NCBI GenBank assembly: GCA_018920185.1 | Contig: JAHLMT010000001.1 | Location: 190,717-254,716 of the forward strand | DNA from: Candidatus Aenigmatarchaeota archaeon | GTDB taxonomy: Archaea; Aenigmatarchaeota; Aenigmatarchaeia; CG10238-14; SCSR01 | Direction: 5' to 3' | Length of the DNA: 64,000 nt | Shown: in pieces, positions 29,754 through 39,318 of the stretch | Position numbering within the stretch: the stretch's first letter is position 1 | Layout: every line of letters begins with the position of its first letter | Position numbers and translations under genes: made by a program | The notes under the pieces: generated by a model | The model's database searches: none | What the model was told of the DNA's origin: nothing | Seen by the model: only the letters and a program-made list of their open reading frames with translations

Positions 29754-30493
29754 GCGAACTTGAAGGTGTATATTGGATTTGGTTAAGAGATTTGAAAAGA
29801 TTTTGGAGGTCAACTTCTAGGTTAATAGGTTCATTTGCGATGCCGATTTTATTCTTGGTAATCTTTGGCGCAGGTTTTAATTTCGTTCGAATAGGAAGCG
29901 TTAACTATACAACATTTCTTTTTCCAGGAATAGTTGCCATGTCATTGCTATTCACATCACTGAATTCAGGTATATCCGTCATCTGGGACCGAGAATTCGG
30001 TTTCATGAAAGAAATTCTTGTATCTCCGATATTAAGGATCTCTATATTCATCGGAAAATCTTTAGGAGGTGTAAGCACTGCAATCATACAAGGCGTGATA
30101 ATTTTGTTGCTTTCCTTCTTCATAGGCATACATATTTCACTCACATCATTCTTGATTGCATTACCCATAATGGTTTTAATATCACTTGGTATGGTTGGAT
30201 TAGGATTAATAATAGCATCTTTTGTAGAGACTTTTGAAGGTTTTGGCTTGATAATGAATTTTATTAATTTTCCTCTATTCTTTACTAGTGGAGCTATATT
30301 TCCATTAGATCAAGCACCGACATGGCTGAAAGCAATTTCTTATGTTAATCCTGTAACTTACGGTGTAGACGCATTAAGACAAGTTCTTATTGGAATCTCC
30401 TCACTCTCATTTTTTACGGATATACTTGTGGTTATTGTATTTACATTTGCAACAATCTTGATAGGTAATTTGGCTTTTAACAGACAGAAATAG
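29750..30493 (+). CDS. ABC-2 type permease
   Basis: WDREFGFMKEILVSP, NPVTYGVDALR. Confidence 0.9.
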   Translation: MSELEGVYWIWLRDLKRFWRSTSRLIGSFAMPILFLVIFGAGFNFVRIGSVNYTTFLFPGIVAMSLLFTSLNSGISVIWDREFGFMKEILVSPILRISIFIGKSLGGVSTAIIQGVIILLLSFFIGIHISLTSFLIALPIMVLISLGMVGLGLIIASFVETFEGFGLIMNFINFPLFFTSGAIFPLDQAPTWLKAISYVNPVTYGVDALRQVLIGISSLSFFTDILVVIVFTFATILIGNLAFNRQK

Positions 30494-30581
30494 ATCTTAG
30501 TGTGGGCAGTACAAATATTAGAGATTAATTTTCTATAAGATTTCTATCAGAATTGGTGTTAATAATAAAAAAGCAAAGTGA

Positions 30582-31814
30582 TTAAGCTATTACTTTTATA
30601 CCCTTGAGATAATTTTCTATTCCTTTCTCTTTAATTAATTTCGTGAACTGTTTTTTAATTTTCGGATTGCTCTCAGCTACAATCTTCAAAGCCTCAAACA
30701 GGAACTCATCAAACCTTCTTCTTATCTCATCAAGTTCTATTACGGCTTTTGCGTCTAGTGGAAAATCACATTTTTTGCAGAACTGCGATAGAATATTATT
30801 TTCTTCACTACATTTAGGACAGATTTTGGTTGAGATCTGCTTCACTTCTTTTATTTCCTCAGCTTTTAACCCATGCATTTTCAGTAGAGCTTCATCTAAG
30901 TCTTTATTGTCCAAGTGCAAGTAAACAGCTGGCATGTCAGAATTCATAACCCAACCAAACTTCATTTTTAGTAAAGCTTCTGGTAACTGCTTGCAAAAAT
31001 ATGTAGCACTAGCGTGCCTGAAAGCATGTGGGTTAACTGGCTTTGTTATTCCAGCCCTCTTAGCTATGTTATACAAAAGAAACCTAACAGTAGAATAATT
31101 CATAAGATTGAATCTACTCTTATCACCAAAAGTTATCCAAACAAAAGCTTCTTGCTTATCTTTCAAAGGATGAACTTCCAGCCAATCTTTTAAAGCCTTC
31201 TGATATTTAATTATTCTTATCTCTCTGCTTCCTGTCTTTCCATTAACAAAGAACTTAATGCCAAAAGTATCAAACCTGATATCGCCTATTTTCAAAGGCA
31301 GTAATTCACCTATTCTACAACCACTCTCAAACAAAATAAGTATAAATGCCTTATCTCTTGGATTATCTGTGGTGTTAGCTAATTTCTCTATTTCATCTAC
31401 TGTTAGGACCTTTCCCTGCAGCTTTTCGTTATTTTTCTTTCTCGGTGCTTTAATCCATTTCACTTCAGGAGGGTAATCTTCGCTATTTCTTAACCACTTG
31501 TAAAACCTTCTAATGATAACCTTGTGATCATGTTTTGTGAAATCAGACCATTTTTTGTTATTTTCTATCTTACTAACCAAATCCACTATATCTTCTTTAG
31601 CAGCATTTCTCAAGGATTTATTTAAAATTCTAACGATATTCATTAAGCTGTAAATGTACTTGATAATCCTTCCAGTAGAAATACCTTCAGCAGAAAGATA
31701 CTTTACAAACTTTAGTATATCCTCTCTATTTTCTTTATCTATCTCATTCAGTTTATTTAAAAAGTATTGCAATCTTCTCTCATAATTGTGTATATCCACT
31801 CTCATATTCTGCAC
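30582..31814 (-). CDS. tyrosine recombinase/integrase with C-terminal zinc ribbon
   Basis: ESGCRIGE, GKTG, HAFRH, FGW, VYLH; CPKC...CKKC; likely start ATG at 31805. Confidence 0.92.
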   Translation of the reverse strand: MQNMRVDIHNYERRLQYFLNKLNEIDKENREDILKFVKYLSAEGISTGRIIKYIYSLMNIVRILNKSLRNAAKEDIVDLVSKIENNKKWSDFTKHDHKVIIRRFYKWLRNSEDYPPEVKWIKAPRKKNNEKLQGKVLTVDEIEKLANTTDNPRDKAFILILFESGCRIGELLPLKIGDIRFDTFGIKFFVNGKTGSREIRIIKYQKALKDWLEVHPLKDKQEAFVWITFGDKSRFNLMNYSTVRFLLYNIAKRAGITKPVNPHAFRHASATYFCKQLPEALLKMKFGWVMNSDMPAVYLHLDNKDLDEALLKMHGLKAEEIKEVKQISTKICPKCSEENNILSQFCKKCDFPLDAKAVIELDEIRRRFDEFLFEALKIVAESNPKIKKQFTKLIKEKGIENYLKGIKVIA

Positions 31815-31873
31815 TCAGTCTTCTGATTTCTTTAAGACTGGTGCACTGCGTTAGAAAATCATGCGGGAAGTGA
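31811..31873. repeat. proximal att-like site: inverted arm pair plus degenerate core
   Basis: GCACTCAGTCTT (31811-22) and inverted GCACCAGTCTT (31834-44); TGCGGGAAGTGA (31862-73) matches 21967-78 at 10/12. Confidence 0.5.
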
Positions 31874-31973
31874 GCGAATCGACAATAAGGAATGAAGGAC
31901 TTGCTTTTTACCACATACCCGATATATGTCTCACTGCGTCGTTCGATGAGACACAAGATAAGCTAACTTCGTA

Positions 31974-32420
31974 TTATTTTCGAGCCCCCGCGTAAAATGA
32001 TACATCTTTTCGAGCGTCCAGGAGACGAACCTCAGAAATTGCACTTTCCTGAAACGCGCATTCTCAAACTTCCCTAAAGCCAATTCGACGCAAGAGAACA
32101 ATCAAAGATGAGGCATCCCACATCCAGCAATGACCTTCTCGTCTGAATATCACGCTGTAAATGCCAACTTGATGAAATATGCTTGCCTTGATTCCACACC
32201 TAAAAGACTCCTTCGCATGAATGTATCTGATGGAATCCCGTCGAATCCACTGGATCGTGTCTTCTACCTGCAACAGATATACATGAGCTATCTCTTCTAA
32301 GTCGGGCAATGCAAGTCGCAGTAATCCCTCTGGTTTCAATACACTTCTCGCAGGAGTGTTTTGGCTTGAGATCGGAAGGTGTTCTAGTAAATGACTCGCG
32401 TAGCATAACCATGGATATCT
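31974..32420 (-). pseudogene. class I SAM-dependent methyltransferase relic
   Basis: across frameshifts and stops: YASHLLEHL, LLREVY, LKPEGLLRLALPDLE, HCWMWD...IGFREV, SFYAGARK. Confidence 0.7.
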
Positions 32421-32470
32421 GTTTTCATGCGATAGGTATGGTTTCCCGGAACTATAAAGCTAAGATTCAG

Positions 32471-32588
32471 CGCTGGAGGTGGGATTCGAACCCACATGAG
32501 CTTATGCTCGCTGGTTATCTCTCATTCATCTGGTTCATAGCAACTTTCGACTCAAGACCAGTGCCCCACCAGGTTAGGCGACTCCAGC
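32471..32588 (-). tRNA. tRNA-Ser(UGA) with ~34-nt intron at 37/38 (32517-32550)
   Basis: acceptor GCTGGAG/CTCCAGC, G73, CTGGT-CTTGAG..A-ACCAG anticodon arm, long variable arm GAGC-ATAA-GCTC, GGGTTCGAATCCC. Confidence 0.9.
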
Positions 32589-32692
32589 ATGTCACATCAT
32601 CTGTTATCAGCTCTTGAGCCTTAATATTATATTAAAAGGAAAATTGACTAATTAAAGTTCTAAGAAAAACTCGAATTAACATCAAAAAACCA

Positions 32693-33004
32693 TTAAATAA
32701 AATCTTCTTTTAAATTTTGCTTTATAACTTCCAACTTTCCCGCTTTCGGTATGTTCAACTGAAGAACATTCCTGAACTGTGTGACATACGCCCCCCGAAT
32801 AATAACATTATCCCCCACAGAAACAGAGTCTATTTGATCTTCCCACAAAGAGAATCTTATTTGTCCTGTGTCGTCTTCAATAATGGCATCAGCCACAGTT
32901 CTTATGCCATATTTTGTATTCACATCTCGCGGCTCGCTTATTTCAACAACCTTAGCTTCAACAGTTATTCCACTCATTCCTAGCTTTATGTCAGCAATTT
33001 TCAT
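32693..33004 (-). CDS. single OB-fold ssDNA-binding protein (SSB/RPA-like)
   Basis: KIADIK...VADAIIEDDTGQIRFSLW. Confidence 0.85.
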   Translation of the reverse strand: MKIADIKLGMSGITVEAKVVEISEPRDVNTKYGIRTVADAIIEDDTGQIRFSLWEDQIDSVSVGDNVIIRGAYVTQFRNVLQLNIPKAGKLEVIKQNLKEDFI

Positions 33005-33036
33005 AAAATCTCACTTGATTTTTAATTTTTTATTTA

Positions 33037-33996
33037 TTAAGCTTTTCCCCATTTTGGATACATACCTCTTGACATCAACACTCTATCAACTCTGACAGAT
33101 ATACCTGTCTTTCTGTTTAGCATCTCTTCACTAGTCATCTTGGATATACCCAAAGCTATCAATTCTTCTTTTAAAGTCATCACAGCAACAAGTTCGCCTT
33201 TACTAATCCCTTCTTGTATTCTAGTTATTCCGTTAGGATATAATGGTGAACCATTGCAAAGAGCATCGACGGCAGAATCTTTTACAAAAACTTTTTTAAC
33301 ATGTGGAATAGCATATTCTATTGGAATTAAAATTTTTCTCAAATTAGTTTCATCTTTATTTTCTTTCCAAAGTTCATAAGCATCTCTAATTTCAACTAAA
33401 GAACGTGCATCATCTTCGGTGAAATTACCGACTTTGGTTCTTCTTAATTCAGACATATGTGCACCAACTTTCAGAGCTTGTCCAATATCATGACATAATT
33501 TTCTGATATACGTCCCGGCCTCACAACCAACTTTAAATAAAACATCCTTATTCTCAATTTCCAAGATATCAAAAAAATAAATTTCACGTTCTCTTTCGAC
33601 TCTTGCAACTGCTGATTTTTTTGGTGGCACTTGTCTTATCTTTCCAACAAATTTTTTAACAATAACATCTCTTAAAATATCTTCTGAGACTTCTTTATGT
33701 AAATGCATCACACCAACATATTCTTTATCCAGTCCTGTTAATACAGGCATAGCTTTAGTTGCATTTTCTAGAGCTATTGGTAAAACACCAGTTACTGACG
33801 GATCAAGCGTACCAGAATGTCCACAGTTTTTAACATTAAAAATATCTCTTACCCATGCTGTAATTTGATGTGATGTAGGTCCTGAATTTTTATCTACAAT
33901 TATTAAAGCAGAATTAATTAGTTCTTCGATGGTTCTATCTTTCGGTGATTTGCCATATTCAAGACTTGATTCTTCTTCAGACTTTATAAGCCACAT
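33037..33996 (-). CDS. cbf5: pseudouridine synthase Cbf5
   Basis: GPTSHQ, GHSGTLDP, GTYIRKLCHDIG, PUA domain. Confidence 0.95.
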   Translation of the reverse strand: MWLIKSEEESSLEYGKSPKDRTIEELINSALIIVDKNSGPTSHQITAWVRDIFNVKNCGHSGTLDPSVTGVLPIALENATKAMPVLTGLDKEYVGVMHLHKEVSEDILRDVIVKKFVGKIRQVPPKKSAVARVEREREIYFFDILEIENKDVLFKVGCEAGTYIRKLCHDIGQALKVGAHMSELRRTKVGNFTEDDARSLVEIRDAYELWKENKDETNLRKILIPIEYAIPHVKKVFVKDSAVDALCNGSPLYPNGITRIQEGISKGELVAVMTLKEELIALGISKMTSEEMLNRKTGISVRVDRVLMSRGMYPKWGKA

Positions 33997-34142
33997 TTTA
34001 ATTATAAAAGAATAAATTGCTATTTATATGAATTTTGAATTTATCATCAAAAGATTTTTTGCAAATTACCCCGTCGTGTGATCAGTAAATCCTCATCTAT
34101 TAAACCATTCTATTAATGTTCTCTGGTAGAATTTCTTAAAAA

Positions 34143-34529
34143 CTAAGATGCACTACTGTTTTCTGTTTTATTTTCATCTTCTTTAGCTTTTTTCTTCGAT
34201 TCTTTCACAGCTTCTTTAGTTCCTGATTTGGTTTTTTCAGCTTTTAATTCAGCAGCAGAAGGTAATTTTAAATTAAATTTCTTAATAACATTTGCTTTCT
34301 TGTAAGCTTCCATAACTTCTTCATCAGTAGCATCTTCCTTAATATCCAACTTAATCTCAGTAGGTTCTAAATGTTCTACATTACATCTCCTTCGTTTAAC
34401 TCCTGTCACTAACTTAGGTCCGGTAACTATTACAAAATTTTTATCAACTGGCTTAACAACAGTACAAATTTGTCCTCCCTCACGACCGGCAACTTTCATA
34501 CAAACTCTTCCAACATCTAATGTTACCAT
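34143..34529 (-). CDS. rpl14e: 50S ribosomal protein L14e
   Basis: VGRVCMKVAGREGG...GVKRRRCNVEHLEPT; start taken as ATG 34529. Confidence 0.92.
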   Translation of the reverse strand: MVTLDVGRVCMKVAGREGGQICTVVKPVDKNFVIVTGPKLVTGVKRRRCNVEHLEPTEIKLDIKEDATDEEVMEAYKKANVIKKFNLKLPSAAELKAEKTKSGTKEAVKESKKKAKEDENKTENSSAS

Positions 34530-34530
34530 A

Positions 34531-34761
34531 TTACACCCTCGCTTTTTCTCTAAATACCTCCCTACTGCAGCTGGGGCAGAAATAACCACCATAAGGACGT
34601 TCTGGTCTTCTTTCGGTTGCACTTAATTTCCTAAGTTCACTTGGAATCTTCCGTGGGACACCACATAAAGGCGATTTACAGTTTGCACATTTTGCTTTTG
34701 AAGGTCTTTCTTTCCTTTCACGAAATACTACTTTTCCCGATGGTGTTCTTCTTTTTATCAT
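34531..34761 (-). CDS. rpl34e: 50S ribosomal protein L34e
   Basis: RTPSG...CANC...RPERPYGGYFCPSC. Confidence 0.92.
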   Translation of the reverse strand: MIKRRTPSGKVVFRERKERPSKAKCANCKSPLCGVPRKIPSELRKLSATERRPERPYGGYFCPSCSREVFREKARV

Positions 34762-35256
34762 TTACTCACCTAAGAATTTTCTAAGTAACCAACTACCTGT
34801 AATTGAAACAAGAATATACCATCCAATCCAATTTATGTTATTTCCTATTACTGGCAAAGAAAAGGGCAAGTTAGCAACGGTCACGCCACTAAATCTGGCA
34901 TTAGCCCAAGGAAACAAAATAATAACAACAATAAATGTGAGGGCTATTACTTTGAAAGTTTGACGTAAGTACTGATTGTTTATAGCCATGTATTCACTCA
35001 AGAATTTATTTATATCACTCTTCCTCCCTTCTTTCTGTGCTCTTGTGAGATTTTCTTTTACAATAGCAAGTTTTTCCTTAATTTCTTTTGCAACTTTTCT
35101 ATTTATCATCAGTCTGTTTATTCCGTAAATTATCGTGGTCAGTACCATCGAGAATATGAACAGCCCTACATGTGGTTTAAGAGCTAGTAAAGGTGCAAAT
35201 AAAGGATCGACAATTACTGCAAATGGATTCAACAAATCAAATACCATTTTATTCAC
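34762..35256 (-). CDS. DUF106 (EMC3/TMCO1-like) membrane protein
   Basis: TM-coiled coil-TM, WIGWYIL; position downstream of secY. Confidence 0.85.
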   Translation of the reverse strand: MNKMVFDLLNPFAVIVDPLFAPLLALKPHVGLFIFSMVLTTIIYGINRLMINRKVAKEIKEKLAIVKENLTRAQKEGRKSDINKFLSEYMAINNQYLRQTFKVIALTFIVVIILFPWANARFSGVTVANLPFSLPVIGNNINWIGWYILVSITGSWLLRKFLGE

Positions 35257-36670
35257 CTACAATTTTTCTTATAAGCGGATGTGCTTCATCGAGCTTCTCA
35301 TGTTGCAACTGCTCGTAATAATTATACACAATCATAACAGTTAAAAGCATTCCTGTTCCAGTGCCTATAGCTCCAACAAGATCGGCAAACGCAGCAAGTA
35401 AGCCAATAGCTAACCCACCTAAAACAGATAGTGGTGGTATATACCGATTTAGAACGGCTTCCATAACTGCTACATCTTTTCTGTAACCTGGTATCTGCAG
35501 ACCAACACTATCAAGCTGCTTTGCAACAGCTGAAGCATTCATGCCCGCAGTATTTACCCAAAATACGGAAAATATGGTTGCACCTATTGCCAAAAATAAA
35601 GTATATGTCAAAGCTCTGATAACTTCGCTTGGAACTAGTGTGCCAAAAATTATTTGTTGTAAGAGGCTATTGTGAAAACTACCTCCACCAGGGGCAGATA
35701 GATAATATACAGCACCACTAACAGCATTACCAACTTGATCAAAACATCCCATCAAGGAACATGTCAATCCATCTGGCGTAACAGTTGCACCTATTCTGCC
35801 TAGCAATTGTATATTTGCAATTAGCGCAGCAGTAAGAATTACAGGTATGTTGCTTGTGTATAAAAGCTTCAGGTCCCACGTCCTACCAAATCCTCTAAGG
35901 GCAGAAAAAGCTAGAGGAATTTGAATTTTTATATGCTGTGCATAGACCACGATTATAAAAACTATTGCAGTTGTGATAACAGGAATTAGATACGCAAGAG
36001 CTAATGAAGAATTACCGTTTAGCAAGCTGAATATAAAACCTGGTAAACCCCCAGCTACCCTTCCGCCAGCTGATAGAGGACTTATCAATCCTATAATAAG
36101 TTGAGTCGCGACTCCCGCAGCGATGAATAAGCTCACACCAGAACCAAATCCCCATTTGCTAACCAGTTCATCTAGAATTATCACAATAAGTCCCCCTGCT
36201 GCTAACTGAAGGATGACAAATAAAATTATCGGTAACGTGTTTCGAACAGGTAAAGCACCTGAAAGAACAAATGCAGTAGCTTCAACAAATGCCAGAACTA
36301 TAGCTAAAAATTTATTCCATGTCTGGAATTTTCTTCTACCTTCGGGTTTTGTCGTGTCCCAGTTAATAATTTTTGATCCTACTAAAAGTTGCATGATAAT
36401 ACCGCCAGTAACTATCGGACCGATACCAAGCGTCATCAAGCTCCCAAACTTCGAGCCGAGAACTATTTCAAAGAATCTAAACTGTTGGAAAGAGGCAGAT
36501 ACATCAACACCGTAAACAATTATCCATGATAGCAAAAGATAAAGCAATAAAGCGATACCAGTCCATTTTAATCTCTGATTTAGACTTTGTTTGTATTCAG
36601 GCTTACTAATAGCTGGTAAGAGCTTGACAATTCTAGAGGCAAAATCCTTTTTTCCTTCTTCTTCCTCCAT
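35249..36670 (-). CDS. secY: preprotein translocase SecY
   Basis: LGIGPIVT, KWGFGSGVSLFI, YTSNIPVIL, GTGTGMLL. Confidence 0.95.
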   Translation of the reverse strand: MEEEEGKKDFASRIVKLLPAISKPEYKQSLNQRLKWTGIALLLYLLLSWIIVYGVDVSASFQQFRFFEIVLGSKFGSLMTLGIGPIVTGGIIMQLLVGSKIINWDTTKPEGRRKFQTWNKFLAIVLAFVEATAFVLSGALPVRNTLPIILFVILQLAAGGLIVIILDELVSKWGFGSGVSLFIAAGVATQLIIGLISPLSAGGRVAGGLPGFIFSLLNGNSSLALAYLIPVITTAIVFIIVVYAQHIKIQIPLAFSALRGFGRTWDLKLLYTSNIPVILTAALIANIQLLGRIGATVTPDGLTCSLMGCFDQVGNAVSGAVYYLSAPGGGSFHNSLLQQIIFGTLVPSEVIRALTYTLFLAIGATIFSVFWVNTAGMNASAVAKQLDSVGLQIPGYRKDVAVMEAVLNRYIPPLSVLGGLAIGLLAAFADLVGAIGTGTGMLLTVMIVYNYYEQLQHEKLDEAHPLIRKIVGE

Positions 36671-36674
36671 AAAT

Positions 36675-37115
36675 TTAACCTAGCTTAATAGCTTTACCAC
36701 CCGCTTCTTCTAATTTCTTTATAGCGTTCTTAGAAAAATATTTCCCCTCAACTATGATTGGCTTTTTGATTTTACCATCACCTAAAAGTTTGTCATAACC
36801 GATTTCTTCAAGATTAACTTTTATTCTTCCTTCCTCTTCTTTAACAAGCTTCTGTTCTTTCAGATTGTCAATCATCCGATCTAAATCTTTCAGATTTATC
36901 GTCTTAATTTCTTTGACAAGTGAAGGATGGCGAGTGAAACCATGTTTGCCGAAATGTTCTGGGTCATATTTTAACATATATCCCCTTTTATGAGTTTTTA
37001 ATCCTGCTTGACCAACGCCACCTCTGTTGCCCGCTCCCCGCCATTTCTTATGTGAACCATGATAATGTCTTTGCCCCCGAAATCGCGAATGCTTTTTTCT
37101 TTTTCTAACAACCAT
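36675..37115 (-). CDS. rpl15: 50S ribosomal protein L15
   Basis: RGAGNRGGVGQAG, FGKHGF, YDKLLGDG. Confidence 0.92.
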   Translation of the reverse strand: MVVRKRKKHSRFRGQRHYHGSHKKWRGAGNRGGVGQAGLKTHKRGYMLKYDPEHFGKHGFTRHPSLVKEIKTINLKDLDRMIDNLKEQKLVKEEEGRIKVNLEEIGYDKLLGDGKIKKPIIVEGKYFSKNAIKKLEEAGGKAIKLG

Positions 37116-37153
37116 GTTTCTCACTAGGTTTTTAAGATAGAAAAATTTATATG

Positions 37154-37603
37154 TTAAATCATCCTCATCAACAATTCATTAATTTCATTTCCTCTATACC
37201 CTAAATCCCCTTCTGGATAATTTTGTTTTATAGATTTAAAACCTTTTGACGGTGGTGTTAATTTTATAACAGGTTTCACTTTAAATTGACTCAATTTAAC
37301 CTTACCCGACATTAAATCATCGGCCAGCTCTTCATATGAATTATATCCAGTAATCGGCTTTAGTTCAACAATTCTTTTATTGTCAATTGTTCTCAATCTT
37401 TTCTTCAAAACTTCAACTAAAGTCTGCTTCTCTACCTCACCATAAGTTACGTAATTCTCTACTTTTTTGACCATCCCTTTATAATCGGGAGTTTCTGGTA
37501 CAAACACACAGTTATATGGTGCATCTAATCTCAACATTTTTAATGTATCTCTAATGTCTCTTCTAAGATTAGCTTGACCGCTTATTCTAATTACCGCAAG
37601 CAT
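37154..37603 (-). CDS. rpl30: 50S ribosomal protein L30
   Basis: DTLKMLRL, YVTYGE, GDLGYRG. Confidence 0.92.
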   Translation of the reverse strand: MLAVIRISGQANLRRDIRDTLKMLRLDAPYNCVFVPETPDYKGMVKKVENYVTYGEVEKQTLVEVLKKRLRTIDNKRIVELKPITGYNSYEELADDLMSGKVKLSQFKVKPVIKLTPPSKGFKSIKQNYPEGDLGYRGNEINELLMRMI

Positions 37604-37715
37604 ATTAACATACTTGAGATTTAATCCTTAAGAAAATTTAGATACCGTTGACGAAATTCAACCCGTATTTTAGCAAACCGAAATCTTAAATATCTGTAAA
37701 TAGTAAGGTAAAAGT

Positions 37716-38204
37716 ATGAGTTTCCTGCATTCTATATTCAGGCTAATTGATAAGGTACACCCAGCTAGAGTAGCTTATGCCCATTGTGATATTCCTTGTG
37801 GGATATACGACCCCCATATAGCTCAGATGGCTGCCCATACCGTCATCCGAATGATTAATCTAATTAACGAAGCAAAAGATGATGCTCACAAAATATCTCG
37901 CCTCACAGCTATAAAAGAACAACACGCAGAATTATGTAAGCATGAAATCAGAATTTTGTGGGGAGACTATTTCAAACCTGAGCATGTCGAAAAATATCCT
38001 GAATTGAACGAACTTGTGTGGAAAGTGATGAAGCTTGGTTCAAAAGTAAAACAAGAGGTTGATTTACAAGCTGCACAAGAATTATTGGAAACTGTGAATA
38101 AGATAGCTGAAATATTCTGGAAAACTAAAGGATTAGATACTCAAAGAGTAAAAACAACCTTTTATCCAACAGGAAATGAAACAGTATATCCTGTATTTAA
38201 ATAA
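37716..38204 (+). CDS. sodN: nickel superoxide dismutase precursor
   Basis: Ni-hook HCDIPCGIYDP after a 22-aa leader; KEQHAE, ILWGDYFK, IFWKTK. Confidence 0.93.
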   Translation: MSFLHSIFRLIDKVHPARVAYAHCDIPCGIYDPHIAQMAAHTVIRMINLINEAKDDAHKISRLTAIKEQHAELCKHEIRILWGDYFKPEHVEKYPELNELVWKVMKLGSKVKQEVDLQAAQELLETVNKIAEIFWKTKGLDTQRVKTTFYPTGNETVYPVFK

Positions 38205-38253
38205 TATGATGTTTCAGGAGTAAATTTTAAAAGAAATAAAAATTGGGATAATC

Positions 38254-38562
38254 ATGTTCCTTCCTATAGTACGATTTAAGGTAGAAGACAAAAGTATGGA
38301 ACCTAATTTTAAAGCTGGAGATTATATTTTAGTCAACAAATTAGCTTATATTTTCAAAAATCCCTCAAAAGGGGATGTTGTTGTTCTCAGACATCCGAAA
38401 GAAAAAGGCAAATTTCTCATCAAACGTATATCACTTGTGACTAATTCAGATGAGTATTATGTTGTCGGCGATAACAAAAATTTCAGCCAAGATAGCAGAC
38501 ATTTTGGACCAGTTAAAAAAGATTTAATAATTGGAAAAGTATTACTTCATCTTCGAAAATAA
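38254..38562 (+). CDS. sodX: Ni-SOD maturation peptidase (S26)
   Basis: SMEP, LIKRI, GDN...DSRHFG; directly follows sodN. Confidence 0.88.
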   Translation: MFLPIVRFKVEDKSMEPNFKAGDYILVNKLAYIFKNPSKGDVVVLRHPKEKGKFLIKRISLVTNSDEYYVVGDNKNFSQDSRHFGPVKKDLIIGKVLLHLRK

Positions 38563-39318
38563 CTATTTCTCATACATGTACAATTTCTTTAGTGCGTCGA
38601 ATACAGCAAAAATTAGATTAATTCTGTTGGATGTGTTACCAAAAGTTTTTATCCATATATCTTTAATTCCTGCCAACCTTAGAAGTTTTTTAGTTTCATT
38701 ATCAGCTACTAGTCCAACACCCTTAGGTGCAGGTATTAATTCAACTCGGACAGAACCCGAATGTCCTTTAATTTTAAAGGGAATTGAATGTTCAGATCCA
38801 CATCCACACCCCCAGTCACCGCAGCCACGTTTAATTTTAATGATATTTAGCTTAGCTTTCCTCAAAGATTTTTCCATTGCAGTTCTTGGTTCAATACTTG
38901 CTCCTCTACCAACGCCAACTAGTCCATTCCCATTACCAACGACAAATAATGCAGATGTCCTGAATCTTCTACCAGATCTATGCATCTTTGCCGTTATCCT
39001 AATCGGAATTCTCTGTATCCCACCACCTTTTCCTGGTCTACCACCAATAAGAATTAACTCACTTTGTAAATTAGGAACAAGATGATCAACAATCTCAGGC
39101 TCGATTATTTTCTTATCAGAAAACAGAATCTCTTCAATGTTTGTAATCTTACCTTCGAGAACTTGTTTGCCTAAGCTTGTTTTCGGTATCCACGGTTTTT
39201 CCTTTTTTTCTACAGAAATTTCTGGAATAACTTCTGGTGCTTCTTCCGGTGTTATTGGTACTACAGGTAATGTTTCTATAGCTTCTGGTTCCTCGTTATT
39301 GTTATTTTCTTTTTCCAT
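38563..39318 (-). CDS. rps5: 30S ribosomal protein S5
   Basis: WIPKTSLG, RGCGDWGCGCG, PAPKGVGLVA. Confidence 0.95.
   Translation of the reverse strand: MEKENNNNEEPEAIETLPVVPITPEEAPEVIPEISVEKKEKPWIPKTSLGKQVLEGKITNIEEILFSDKKIIEPEIVDHLVPNLQSELILIGGRPGKGGGIQRIPIRITAKMHRSGRRFRTSALFVVGNGNGLVGVGRGASIEPRTAMEKSLRKAKLNIIKIKRGCGDWGCGCGSEHSIPFKIKGHSGSVRVELIPAPKGVGLVADNETKKLLRLAGIKDIWIKTFGNTSNRINLIFAVFDALKKLYMYEK

Larger units (their letters stand above)
21967..32481. mobile_element. tyrosine-integrase element integrated at the 3' end of tRNA-Ser(UGA)
   Basis: integrase at 30582-31814; GCTGGAGGTG at 21968-21977 identical to tRNA 3' end at 32472-32481; degenerate copy at 31862-31873. Confidence 0.7.

Noticed and set aside
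32309-32617. 102-aa ORF, and likewise 49174-49389
   Set aside because: Antisense to tRNA genes; spurious
34530-34622. N-terminal extension of L14e in the ORF track
   Set aside because: Overlaps L34e; family homology begins at ATG 34529
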